Assembly (NCBI GenBank): GCA_965205675.1
Contig: OZ242186.1
Coordinates: 672,001 to 736,000 of the forward strand
Direction of reading: 5' to 3'
From: Nitrosopumilus sp.
GTDB lineage: Archaea; Thermoproteota; Nitrososphaeria; Nitrososphaerales; Nitrosopumilaceae
Length of the DNA: 64,000 bases
Of the stretch, positions 21,117 to 30,549 are shown piece after piece. Both the position numbers and the translations under genes were made by a program. The notes beneath the pieces were generated by a model that was given only the letters and a program-made list of their open reading frames with translations, made no database searches and was not told where the DNA came from. The stretch's first letter is position 1; the number at the start of each line of letters is the position of its first letter.

Positions 21117-21875
21117 TTATAAAAATGTAATTAATTTAGCATTTAATAAAACTGTAAATATAATATTTAATCCGATAATAAAACTAATACCTGATACAAT
21201 ATATTTCAAATATTTTGTAGTTTGTTTGATTTTAGATACTAGTGCAAATGGTACGCCAATTATTCCACTAATGGTTATCATTCCAAAAGTACTTCCGATA
21301 CCAAATAAAATTAAAAAATAAAGCATTGTTTCAAAATTAATCATTGTGGAAGCAGTTAATGCTACAAAACTACCGCTTCCTGCAATGCCGTGAATACAAC
21401 CTATCCAGAATGTTTTGTGACTATGATCTTGACTATGATCTTCTTCATGATTGTGAAAATGTGTGTGTGAAATTCCATTTGAATGATTATGTGGATGAAT
21501 ATGCTTTTGTTTGAAAATCTTTTTGTTAGAAACTGTTAAAATCCCTAAAACAATTAACATGAATCCCACAATTAATTCTGCACCTAGAAAAAAATCACTA
21601 TGTATATTTAATGACAAACTTGCAATTACTAATCCAACTAATATGATACTTGACGTATGTCCAATTCCCCATACTGCCCCTCTCAATGAAGAAATCACAC
21701 TCAATTGTTTTAATGCTAATTTTTTTGAATTATTTCTATTCTTAATTAATAGTTGGGTTGAAACTGCACTGATATGGTCCGGTTCAAAGGCATGAATTAA
21801 TCCAATCATTAAACCTGCCATAATTACCAAAAAAGGATTGTTTAGTTGTAGTACTTCAATCAAGTTATCAATCAT
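21117..21875 (-). CDS. Nickel/cobalt permease (UreH/HoxN/NiCoT-like)
   Basis: HAFEPDH, WGIGHT, His-rich loop HIHPHNH...HTHFHNH, GCIHGIAGSG. Confidence 0.88.
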   Translation of the reverse strand: MIDNLIEVLQLNNPFLVIMAGLMIGLIHAFEPDHISAVSTQLLIKNRNNSKKLALKQLSVISSLRGAVWGIGHTSSIILVGLVIASLSLNIHSDFFLGAELIVGFMLIVLGILTVSNKKIFKQKHIHPHNHSNGISHTHFHNHEEDHSQDHSHKTFWIGCIHGIAGSGSFVALTASTMINFETMLYFLILFGIGSTFGMITISGIIGVPFALVSKIKQTTKYLKYIVSGISFIIGLNIIFTVLLNAKLITFL

Positions 21876-21958
21876 TTGTTTAACCTTTATCCAAACAATA
21901 GATTTTCATAAAATAATGATATCTCACCATGTTCTTTATCTGCAAACATTTTTTCCCA

Positions 21959-23074
21959 TCAATCTCTTTTTGGAATCTTAGCTTGTGGGTTTCCAAAATT
22001 ATATGTATTTCCAGTACCCTTGTAGTCTTTTGGTCTTACAGGGTCTCCTCCATCTAGCCCTCTTTTTGTTAATGACAATCCTGCTAGCAATTCAACTACT
22101 AATCTTTGACCTAATCCTGAGGTAATGCCTCCATTGTAGGAGCTATTATCACTAACATCATAAGCAGGAGCAATCTCTACTAAATCCATTGCAAATCTAT
22201 CTGGATCAAATGATTTGGATAATTGACGTATCATTCTAATTCCTTCTCTTGATGTAAGTCCGTTTGGTTCTGGTTCTCCAGTTCCAGGTGCATAAGAGGG
22301 ATCAAAAGAATCAATATCCCAACTAAGATAAACTGCATCTGTTCCATCATTGGCTCTATCAGCTATTTCTTTTGCAATATAATCAATTCCTAATTCTTCT
22401 ACATCCAACATTGTAAACCACTGGAAATCTTGATCAGACATCCATTTGTACAAATCCCGTCCTGGCCAATATCCTCTTGGACCGACTAGGGAATAATTTT
22501 TCCCCTTTAGACATCCCATCTCCATTATTCTTCTAATATGTGCCCCGTGATCATACTTGAATCCAGTTAATCCCTGTGGCGCACAATCAGCATGAGTATC
22601 AAAATGAATCATGCCTATATTTTTAAATTTCTTCTGAAAAGCTCTGACATTTGCATATGTTATAGAGTGATCTCCTCCAAGCATTACTGGAATTCCATCT
22701 GCCTCTAAAACTTCTTTGACCTTTAGGGTCATACTTTTGTGAGATCCAATTACATCTCCTGGTGAGACAACTACGTCTCCATAATCCACTGTTCGAAAAG
22801 TACCAAATGGATCAGCACCAGTTTCAATATTAAATCTCTCAAAAGGGGGAGATGGAATGGTAGAAGCCGCTCTAATTGCTCGTGGACCATATCTTGCTCC
22901 GGGGCGGATAGTGGTACCAAAATCAAATGGCTCTCCAATAATTGCAACATCTGGTTTTGCTTTTAGTAATTCTTTATGGTCTTTAATCCATGGCAAATGT
23001 AAAAATGTATTAATTCCTACAAATGGCGCAACATCTGGACCTTGAAAATCCTCACCATAAAATTCTGCACCCAT
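21959..23074 (-). CDS. Ureohydrolase (agmatinase/guanidinobutyrase-like, arginase family)
   Basis: RPGARYGPRAIR, GGDHS, HFDTHAD, SWDIDSFDP...PGTG metal-binding motifs. Confidence 0.93.
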   Translation of the reverse strand: MGAEFYGEDFQGPDVAPFVGINTFLHLPWIKDHKELLKAKPDVAIIGEPFDFGTTIRPGARYGPRAIRAASTIPSPPFERFNIETGADPFGTFRTVDYGDVVVSPGDVIGSHKSMTLKVKEVLEADGIPVMLGGDHSITYANVRAFQKKFKNIGMIHFDTHADCAPQGLTGFKYDHGAHIRRIMEMGCLKGKNYSLVGPRGYWPGRDLYKWMSDQDFQWFTMLDVEELGIDYIAKEIADRANDGTDAVYLSWDIDSFDPSYAPGTGEPEPNGLTSREGIRMIRQLSKSFDPDRFAMDLVEIAPAYDVSDNSSYNGGITSGLGQRLVVELLAGLSLTKRGLDGGDPVRPKDYKGTGNTYNFGNPQAKIPKRD

Positions 23075-23097
23075 AACAATCAGTTTTAATTACTAAT

Positions 23098-23128
23098 TTT
23101 AATTATTAAATATTTCAAGTAATATACG
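23098..23128 (-). promoter_or_regulatory. Shared promoter/operator element upstream of the ureohydrolase
   Basis: Minus strand CGTATATTACTTGAAATATTTAATAATTAAA; TATA-like box 30-36 nt before the ATG. Confidence 0.7.
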
Positions 23129-23232
23129 AATATTTTCTTTTAAAATATGCTCATAGTCACTCTATTTAAAATAAAATTATAGTAATATACAACTCAATTA
23201 AAGTATAAAAATTATATTGCCTGTAATGTTAT

Positions 23233-24471
23233 ATGTTATTAAAAAAATCAAAAAACGCTTGGTATTTTTTAAATCAGGGATTAATTGCCGTTCATTATAA
23301 TCAATTTAAAAAAGCAATTTCTTATTTTGATAAAGCTATTTTATTGGAACCTAAAAATATGGTTTTACAACTTCATAAAGGTCTTACCTTACATAAAATT
23401 AAAAATTTTCGAGATGCAATAGTTTGCTATGATGATATACTCTGCAATGATCCAAAAAATTTAGATGCTTTGTATAACAAGGGAATTGCATTTGAAGCTA
23501 TGGGGCAACCCCATGATGCAATTGATTGTTTTAAAAAATCCTTTGCGATTGACTCTACATTTTCTAATTCATTAATTTCATTAGGAATATGTTTTAGTAA
23601 ACTGGGTGATCATGAAAAAGCACTTGAACTGACAGACGATGCTCTTTCTAATAATCCAAATAATGCCGAAGCCCTTTATAATAAAAGCTTGATTTTGGGT
23701 AGATTGCACCGTAATTCCGAGTCATTGATATTTTTTAATAAGGCAATTGATGAGGACGCTTATCAATCTAATATCCTATTTGAAAAAGGACAGAAACTAA
23801 CAAAAGAAAAAAAACATGAAGAAGCAATAAGATACTATACTAGATCTTTGGAAGTAGATAAAAAAAATACAAAAGCATTGGTTGCTAAAGGGTGGATCCT
23901 TGATTTTGCAGGATTTTCTAACAAAGATATTTTTGCTTTTTATGATGAGGCCATTAAAATTGATCCAAAGTGTACTGATGCATTATTTAATAAAGGAATA
24001 GTGCTAAATAAAACTGGATTACACAAAAAAGCTATAGTTTGTTTTGATAAAATTTTAGAATATGATCCTGAAAATATTAGAGCTCTTTATAGTAAAGGCG
24101 TGGCCTACATGTCATTGAAAAATATTGGCAAGGCAAAATCTTATTGTGAATTTGCACTAAATATTGAACCCGATAATGTTGTTGCCTTGTGTACCATGGT
24201 TTGGTGTCTGGAACATTCCAAGAAATATAACGAAGCGCTTGTCTACTGTGATAGGGCACTTAAAATTGAGCCAAACTATGTTTATGCCATAAGTTACAAA
24301 GCTAAATTATTTCTATTATTAAAAAACTATAAAGAATCACTTAGTTGGTATGATAAAGCATTAAAAATTGAACCTAATAACCAACCAGCGATTTTTCATA
24401 GATATAAAGTTGTAGCAGAATTAGATAAAAGAAACAAAGAATCTTTTTTTAAAAAAATTATGAAATTATAA
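23233..24471 (+). CDS. Tetratricopeptide repeat protein
   Basis: About 11 TPR units (ALYNKG etc.). Confidence 0.9.
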   Translation: MLLKKSKNAWYFLNQGLIAVHYNQFKKAISYFDKAILLEPKNMVLQLHKGLTLHKIKNFRDAIVCYDDILCNDPKNLDALYNKGIAFEAMGQPHDAIDCFKKSFAIDSTFSNSLISLGICFSKLGDHEKALELTDDALSNNPNNAEALYNKSLILGRLHRNSESLIFFNKAIDEDAYQSNILFEKGQKLTKEKKHEEAIRYYTRSLEVDKKNTKALVAKGWILDFAGFSNKDIFAFYDEAIKIDPKCTDALFNKGIVLNKTGLHKKAIVCFDKILEYDPENIRALYSKGVAYMSLKNIGKAKSYCEFALNIEPDNVVALCTMVWCLEHSKKYNEALVYCDRALKIEPNYVYAISYKAKLFLLLKNYKESLSWYDKALKIEPNNQPAIFHRYKVVAELDKRNKESFFKKIMKL

Positions 24472-24473
24472 TC

Positions 24474-24908
24474 CAGTACTTGGGAAAGTAATCCAATTTA
24501 GATCATAAACTAACCATTATTTCATCAGTTAAACAACAAATTTGGATAGAACAATCTTGAAGGAGATGTGCTTCTCCATCAAATGTGAATCATAGCAATC
24601 TTGATTTTGCACACATTAGAAATTCAACAATTCAAGCATTTGCAAATATTGCTAAAATAATGTGCACAACGTTGTTGTTTTCATACCGAAAAACAACGCA
24701 CTATACAATTCAGAGGACATTCCTCATTTTATCATGGAATGTTGCCTTGGTGACTGTTATTCTGAATCAACTACAAAGAAATTGAAGATAAGGACTGAAT
24801 GTGTTATTCCATCAGGCTCTTGGATTAGAAAGCAGATCGTAAAAATATACCTCCTAACATAAGTTCGTCAACCATCTTCTCATTGCATATACTTGAGAAT
24901 GTCTAAAT
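24474..24908 (+). mobile_element. Degenerate left end of an ISH3-like element
   Basis: CAGTACTTGGGAAAGTAATCCAATTTAGATCA resembles the left end at 24910; no intact ORF. Confidence 0.6.
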
Positions 24909-24909
24909 T

Positions 24910-26228
24910 CAGTAGATGGGAAAGTAACTCAATTTAGATCAAAAACTATCAATCACTCAATCAATCTATTCAGATAGAAAAAGCTTGATGGAAGTATGTC
25001 ACTCCATCAAATATGCATTGTACTTCATTTGATACCATGACACACCAAGGCGTGATACTATCTAAAGCATTTGAGATTATCACTAAAATAATGTACAATA
25101 TCTTGTTGTTTCCATGCTCTAGTAAAAATAACTCACGGTTCCACAATGCAGATGCACATAATTCTGTCATGTCATTGTGTTTGGGAAATTCATATTCTGA
25201 ATCTGGATTAAAGAGACTGGCGATGGAATCAGATAATGCTTCTCCAACTGGTTTCATGGTTGAGAAAAATCATATCAAAAATATCACAAAAAACAATGCA
25301 AATTCAATTACATCGTTCACTGGATAGTACAGTATCAAAATTACAAGAACTGGGAGTATTGGAACAACCAGTTACTGTAGCAATTGACAAACATCTAATC
25401 CCAAGATATGACAAATTGCCAAACCATTCTTTAATAAAATCAAAATCTAAAAACAGTACTACTCATTTTGAGAGTTACTGCACCATGCAGTGCGTTGAAA
25501 AAAGAATCAGGGCTCAATTAGGTTGTTATCCTTTGTATGACAACAAATCAAATGCCGATTTTGTGCGTAAATTACTCTCTGATGGCATCAATAATGGAAT
25601 CAAGATTAAACTATTGCTAGTGGATAGGGAGTTTTTCACAGCTGGAACAATTTCAGAAATAAAACAAAAGAATCTGAAATTTCTAATGCCTGCATAAAAG
25701 AATTCTCGAATCAAAGATGCAATTGTACAATACGTTAATGGAGATAGAAAGTCAATCTCGCCATACACAATAAAATCATCATCAGGACATGTAGAATCAT
25801 TTACTCTAGTTATTCTGCCAAACAAAAATGCAAGAAAAAAATCAGATATTATTGATCAGTATGTTGTGTTTGCAACAAATATTTCACCAAAAGAAATATC
25901 ATATAACATACAAAACATTCCAACTGACTACAAGAAACGTTGGGGATTGAAACAGGCTATGCATGTGTGGGAAGGTTCAGACCAAAAACCACCAGTTCAA
26001 ACCAATCCATAAGATTGTTGTATTTTTACTATTCATTGATTTTGTACAATGCATGGATAATTGCTAATTTGATTATCTCAGAAGAAACTAATGTAAAAAA
26101 TCACAAACCAATAATATCAATTGAAATTCTCAAATATTTCTTTGTAAAGATAATTATTCATTATTTTAGAAATAACAAAAATAATTATTTTCTAGAATGT
26201 GTAACTTGAGTTACTTTCCCATCTACTG
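24910..26228 (+). mobile_element. ISH3-like (IS4 superfamily) element, transposase pseudogene
   Basis: Perfect TIRs CAGTAGATGGGAAAGTAACTCAA / TTGAGTTACTTTCCCATCTACTG; VAIDKH, LVDREF, YKKRWGIETGY motifs; frameshift and internal TAA at 25695. Confidence 0.88.
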
Positions 26229-26253
26229 ACACTACAGATCTTTTCACTGATTA

Positions 26254-27002
26254 ATTTCAATCCTATAATAGTTCGATTCAAACCAAAATCTCAGATGGTA
26301 ATGTTGCAGTGATCGCACTATTTCAATCCTATAATAATTCGATTCAAACATTAATAATTTCTGATATTCATTTGAATCATACAAAATTTCAATCCTATAA
26401 TAGTTCGATTCAAACTTGTGCCGAAACTACTAAACTTCTTATCAATTAAGAATTTCAATCCTATAATAGTTCGATTCAAACATGCAAATTGCGTTAACAC
26501 TCGTAATTATCGGATCATTTCAATCCTATAATAGTTCGATTCAAACGAAATAATCATGCGAAAAATCATAATGTCTGATGAATTTCAATCCTATAATAGT
26601 TCGATTCAAACTGGCAGTTCCTCATCATCCACTATTTCACCGTTTATTTCAATCCTATAATAGTTCGATTCAAACATATATAAAAGAACAACACAAGGTA
26701 CTGGTGATGAATTTCAATCCTATAATAGTTCGATTCAAACTCGCTGTAGTTGCTGTCTTACGTCAAATGCAGTTAATATTTCAATCCTATAATAGTTCGA
26801 TTCAAACTGGGCAGATTTAGTCAAGGCGGTAAATTCTATGAATTTCAATCCTATAATAGTTCGATTCAAACTTTCTGCAGTAGATGTATGATTTTTTTGG
26901 CACATAATTTCAATCCTATAATAGTTCGATTCAAACGCAATAGGGTATGATCATGGCACAATATCAAGAACAATTTCAATCCTATAATAGTTCGATTCAA
27001 AC
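26254..27002 (-). CRISPR. CRISPR array: 12 repeats of 30 bp, 11 spacers of 34-37 bp
   Basis: Repeat ATTTCAATCCTATAATAGTTCGATTCAAAC (minus strand ends ATTGAAAT, type I-B-like); one variant repeat at 26320; leader probably 27003-27157. Confidence 0.98.
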
Positions 27003-27157
27003 CCGCCAAATTTATGCCTAAATCAAGATATCAAACGTTTGTATTTTTATCTACCTATGATCGTGCTGATTCCTTATAAGGTCAGCAAAGACATCATTGC
27101 ATCTGTTATCATTTTAGAATAGTTTAAGATAAAAACCGTTCTGTTTGAGTAACAATA

Positions 27158-27649
27158 TTGAATGACACAACTGAATTGACGGGCACTCAGTTTAACTACT
27201 ATTTTGTGTGTAAAAGAAAACTATGGCTTCACTCCCGCAATATTTCCTTTGAATCAAGCTCAGAGATTGTAAAACTTGGGAGCCTCATACATAAGGACTC
27301 TTACAAAAGAAAGAAAAAAGAGATACGCATAGGCAGCATATCTATTGACTATATTGACAAGGGAAAGATACACGAAGTAAAAAAATCAGACAAGATGCAT
27401 GATGCACACACATATCAATTACTGTATTATATTCACTATCTGAGAAAGCTCGGCATTGATACAACTGGAGTACTGGACTATCCAAAACTCAAAAAGACAG
27501 TAAAGGTAACACTCACAAAACAAAAGCAGGATTTTATACATGAAACAATAAACCATGCATTGGAAATAATCTCTGCAAAAAAACCACTTGCTGCAGAATA
27601 CAAGCCAATATGTGACAAATGCGCATATGCAGAATACTGTTGGTCATGA
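27158..27649 (+). CDS. cas4: CRISPR-associated Cas4
   Basis: YYFVCKRKLW, HEVKKS, QLLYY, CDKCAYAEYC. Confidence 0.95.
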   Translation: MNDTTELTGTQFNYYFVCKRKLWLHSRNISFESSSEIVKLGSLIHKDSYKRKKKEIRIGSISIDYIDKGKIHEVKKSDKMHDAHTYQLLYYIHYLRKLGIDTTGVLDYPKLKKTVKVTLTKQKQDFIHETINHALEIISAKKPLAAEYKPICDKCAYAEYCWS

Positions 27650-28632
27650 AGGATTACTATATTTTTAGTGGTGGCAGAGTATCACGATCACAAAATACTA
27701 TCCAAATACTATCAAAAGACAATACAAAAAAATCAATTCCTGTGATGGATGTCAGCGCTTTGCACATATTTGGTCAGTGTGACTTTAACTCTGCACTGAT
27801 ATCATTCTTAAACACAAAAGGAATTACAGTACATTTTTACAATTATTATGGAAACTATGCCGGAAGCTATTATCCGCGTGAGAAACTTCTCTCAGGACTG
27901 GTTACAGTAAAGCAAGTGCAACATTATCTGGATAATCAAAAAAGACTATATCTTGCATCTGAATTCATCACATCAGCGACGCATAACATGCTTGCAAACC
28001 TGCGTTACTACAAATCAAAGAAAAAGGATGTGGTTGAGCATATGAATAAAATTCAGATTCTGCAGCAGCAAATACCGAGATACAAAAAAATTGAAGAGTT
28101 GATGGGAATCGAGGGAAATTGCCGAAATATTTACTATGACTCATTTGATAATTTTCTAAGGGATGGTTTTGAGATGGAAAAAAGATCAAGGATGCCTCCC
28201 AAAAATATGCTGAATTCTCTGATATCATTTGGCAATGGAATGATGTATAGCGATGTTCTCACTGAAATTTATCAATCACAGTTAAACACCACTGTAAGCT
28301 ATCTGCATGAACCAGGATACAGGCGCCATTCTCTCTCTTTGGATATCGCAGAAATATTCAAGCCAGTAGTTGTGGATAAGACCATCTTTAAGATGATAAA
28401 TAGTAAAATGATAAATGAAAAAAACTTTGATGACTCCCTAAATGGTTGCTATTTGGCAGAATCGGGAAGAAAGTCCTTTGTATCAGAGTACAATGAAAAG
28501 ATGGAAAGTACAATCTATGTATCTTCATTAAAGCGAAATGTAAGCTACAGGAGACTGATAAGGCTAGAATGTCACAAGATAGTAAAGCATATCGTAGAGG
28601 GTATACGGTATGAGGGATTCAGGCAAAAGTAA
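27646..28632 (+). CDS. cas1: CRISPR-associated Cas1, subtype I-B
   Basis: HFYNYYGNYAGSYYPRE, LMGIEG, NSLISFGN, SYLHEP, SLSLDIAEIFKP. Confidence 0.97.
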   Translation: MKDYYIFSGGRVSRSQNTIQILSKDNTKKSIPVMDVSALHIFGQCDFNSALISFLNTKGITVHFYNYYGNYAGSYYPREKLLSGLVTVKQVQHYLDNQKRLYLASEFITSATHNMLANLRYYKSKKKDVVEHMNKIQILQQQIPRYKKIEELMGIEGNCRNIYYDSFDNFLRDGFEMEKRSRMPPKNMLNSLISFGNGMMYSDVLTEIYQSQLNTTVSYLHEPGYRRHSLSLDIAEIFKPVVVDKTIFKMINSKMINEKNFDDSLNGCYLAESGRKSFVSEYNEKMESTIYVSSLKRNVSYRRLIRLECHKIVKHIVEGIRYEGFRQK

Positions 28633-28895
28633 TGTATGCCATATTGGTGTATGATATTTCCATAGATCGCATAGATGCTGTGCGAGTCACGACAAAGCAA
28701 TATCTCAACTGGATTCAAAACTCGGTGTTTGAAGGAGAGATAACAATGTCTGGACTTGCAGAACTAAAATCCAAAATATTTAGACTGATTGATGTGTCTA
28801 AAGATTCGGTGCTTATCTTTACTGTGAACAATCCAAAATGGATAGAGAAGACAATCATTGGAATCGATAAGAACGACACAGGCAACATCATCTAA
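28632..28895 (+). CDS. cas2: CRISPR-associated Cas2
   Basis: ILVYDI, WIQNSVFEGEIT. Confidence 0.97.
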   Translation: MYAILVYDISIDRIDAVRVTTKQYLNWIQNSVFEGEITMSGLAELKSKIFRLIDVSKDSVLIFTVNNPKWIEKTIIGIDKNDTGNII

Positions 28896-28909
28896 ATTTT
28901 GATTTGCCT

Positions 28910-30522
28910 TTGCAATGGCTGATGAGGCATTTTTTGTAAGAGATGCAAAGACAGGAAAAAATATTGGTCACCCGTTGCTAAGAGAATATTTCTTCCATAT
29001 ATGGGACGACCTGAAAGTTTGGCAATATATGGAACAATTACGGAAAATAACAGTCATCTGTTTAGAGTTATGATAAATTCAATGCTGTAACATTTGTAGA
29101 ATATCTAAAGGAGTTGCACTGGAAATACGGCAAGATTGCAATCATGCTGGATAGAGCATCAGTTCACAAATCAAAGAAGGTCAAGGAATATCTTGCAAAC
29201 AATAGAGATGTCAAACTAAATGGTTGCCAAAAGGTTCACCGTATACCCCAGATCATAAGTCTTTTCAATTTATTGTTCTTGCAAAATACTGATACATATT
29301 CAAATTGAATTTGTGCGTTCTAAAATATTCCATAACTGTATACCTCATTTCATGAATAGATTCATAAAATTCTGATTCAACATTAACATGTTTGCACTGT
29401 CTCCAAACCTCTTCAATCATACTCAAATGCGGGGAGACTCTCAGAAGATATGCCAGTTTGACATCTTTGTTTTTACGCAGATATTTTTTTACATCATTAG
29501 CTTTGTGTTGCGGTGCCCTATCGACGATAACAAATATTTTTCCAAATTTTCTACGAGCTGCTTCCAAATAATCCATAAATGCAATTGAATTAAATTTTTC
29601 ATACGATCTAAAAAAACTTTGATTATCATCAGTCATCATTCCATAAACCAAAAATCTTTGATGTGATCCTCTCCAACGTACAATCATTCGTTGATGTGTA
29701 TCTGTCCAGTATTTTTTACCAAGACGCACATCGTCTACAAATACTGATTCGTCTTGGATAAATACTGTAAAACCTTTCTTTTTTGCCTTTTCTATGCGTG
29801 AAATGATGCGGTTTTTCCACTTGCGGCATGCATCCTTGGATGCGGCACGTACATGTACCTTTTGTGGAACCTTTGGTTTTAGATTCCATTTATGCATCAA
29901 ACGACGCACATGAGTGATATGATATGTAATGCGTGTTCTGTAAAATATGAATTGTATCAGTTTCTTTGGAGTCATGCCGTCTGAAATTTTCTTAAATGCA
30001 CGCTCTATTTTTTGTAATTTTTTGTGTGAAATTAATGGCGGACGGCCAGAACGAGGGAGATCCTCCAGACCCTCCAATCCATATTTTTCAAATGAATCAA
30101 GCCAATTCCTTACAGAATTATATGTACAAAACATTTGGTTGGCAGTTTCAGCAATTGTGGATTCGTTGATCTTAATTATACACATTGCATGTAATCTTGT
30201 TTTTTTGTGAATATTTTTTTCTTTTTTGTAGGCCTGGAGTAACTCGTCATTTGTGATGTCCATGAAATTATTTCTAACTACTGATCAAAAAGTATTGCTA
30301 TTTGTTTTGAAAAATTGCAAAGAATTATGCTCCGAGGTATACTTGAACATGATAGAACAATGCTGGAAGATAAGCAAGTATGCGTTGTTGGTATCAGAAT
30401 ATTATGCAATGTTTACGATGATGAATGATGCAGTGTCAAAATATTTTAGAATAACAAGATTCAAGCTTGATGTTGCAAATTATATCTTTAGAAATCCTGC
30501 AAAGATGTTCACGAACTTTTGA
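28910..30522 (+). mobile_element. Older IS630-family transposase remnant, split by a second IS630
   Basis: DEAFF...LDRASVHKS...LPKGSP|YLNMIEQCW resumes at 30340 once the insert is removed. Confidence 0.85.
29244..30339 (-). mobile_element. IS630-family element with full-length transposase ORF (29265-30263)
   Basis: TA duplication at 29242-43 and 30340-41; imperfect 15-bp IRs; HTH plus DDE (QDES, DRAPQH, MIE). Confidence 0.93.
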
Positions 30523-30549
30523 TCGTCGCTATAATTAAACAACTGTAAT

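Noticed and set aside
26284-26319. Spacer 1 similarity to the IS630 sequence AAAATTTCAGATGG near 13043
   Set aside because: The match is only about 14 nt, too short to claim self- or IS-targeting.
26578-26820. 80-aa ORF with repeated NFNPIIVRFK
   Set aside because: It is a translation of CRISPR repeats and spacers.
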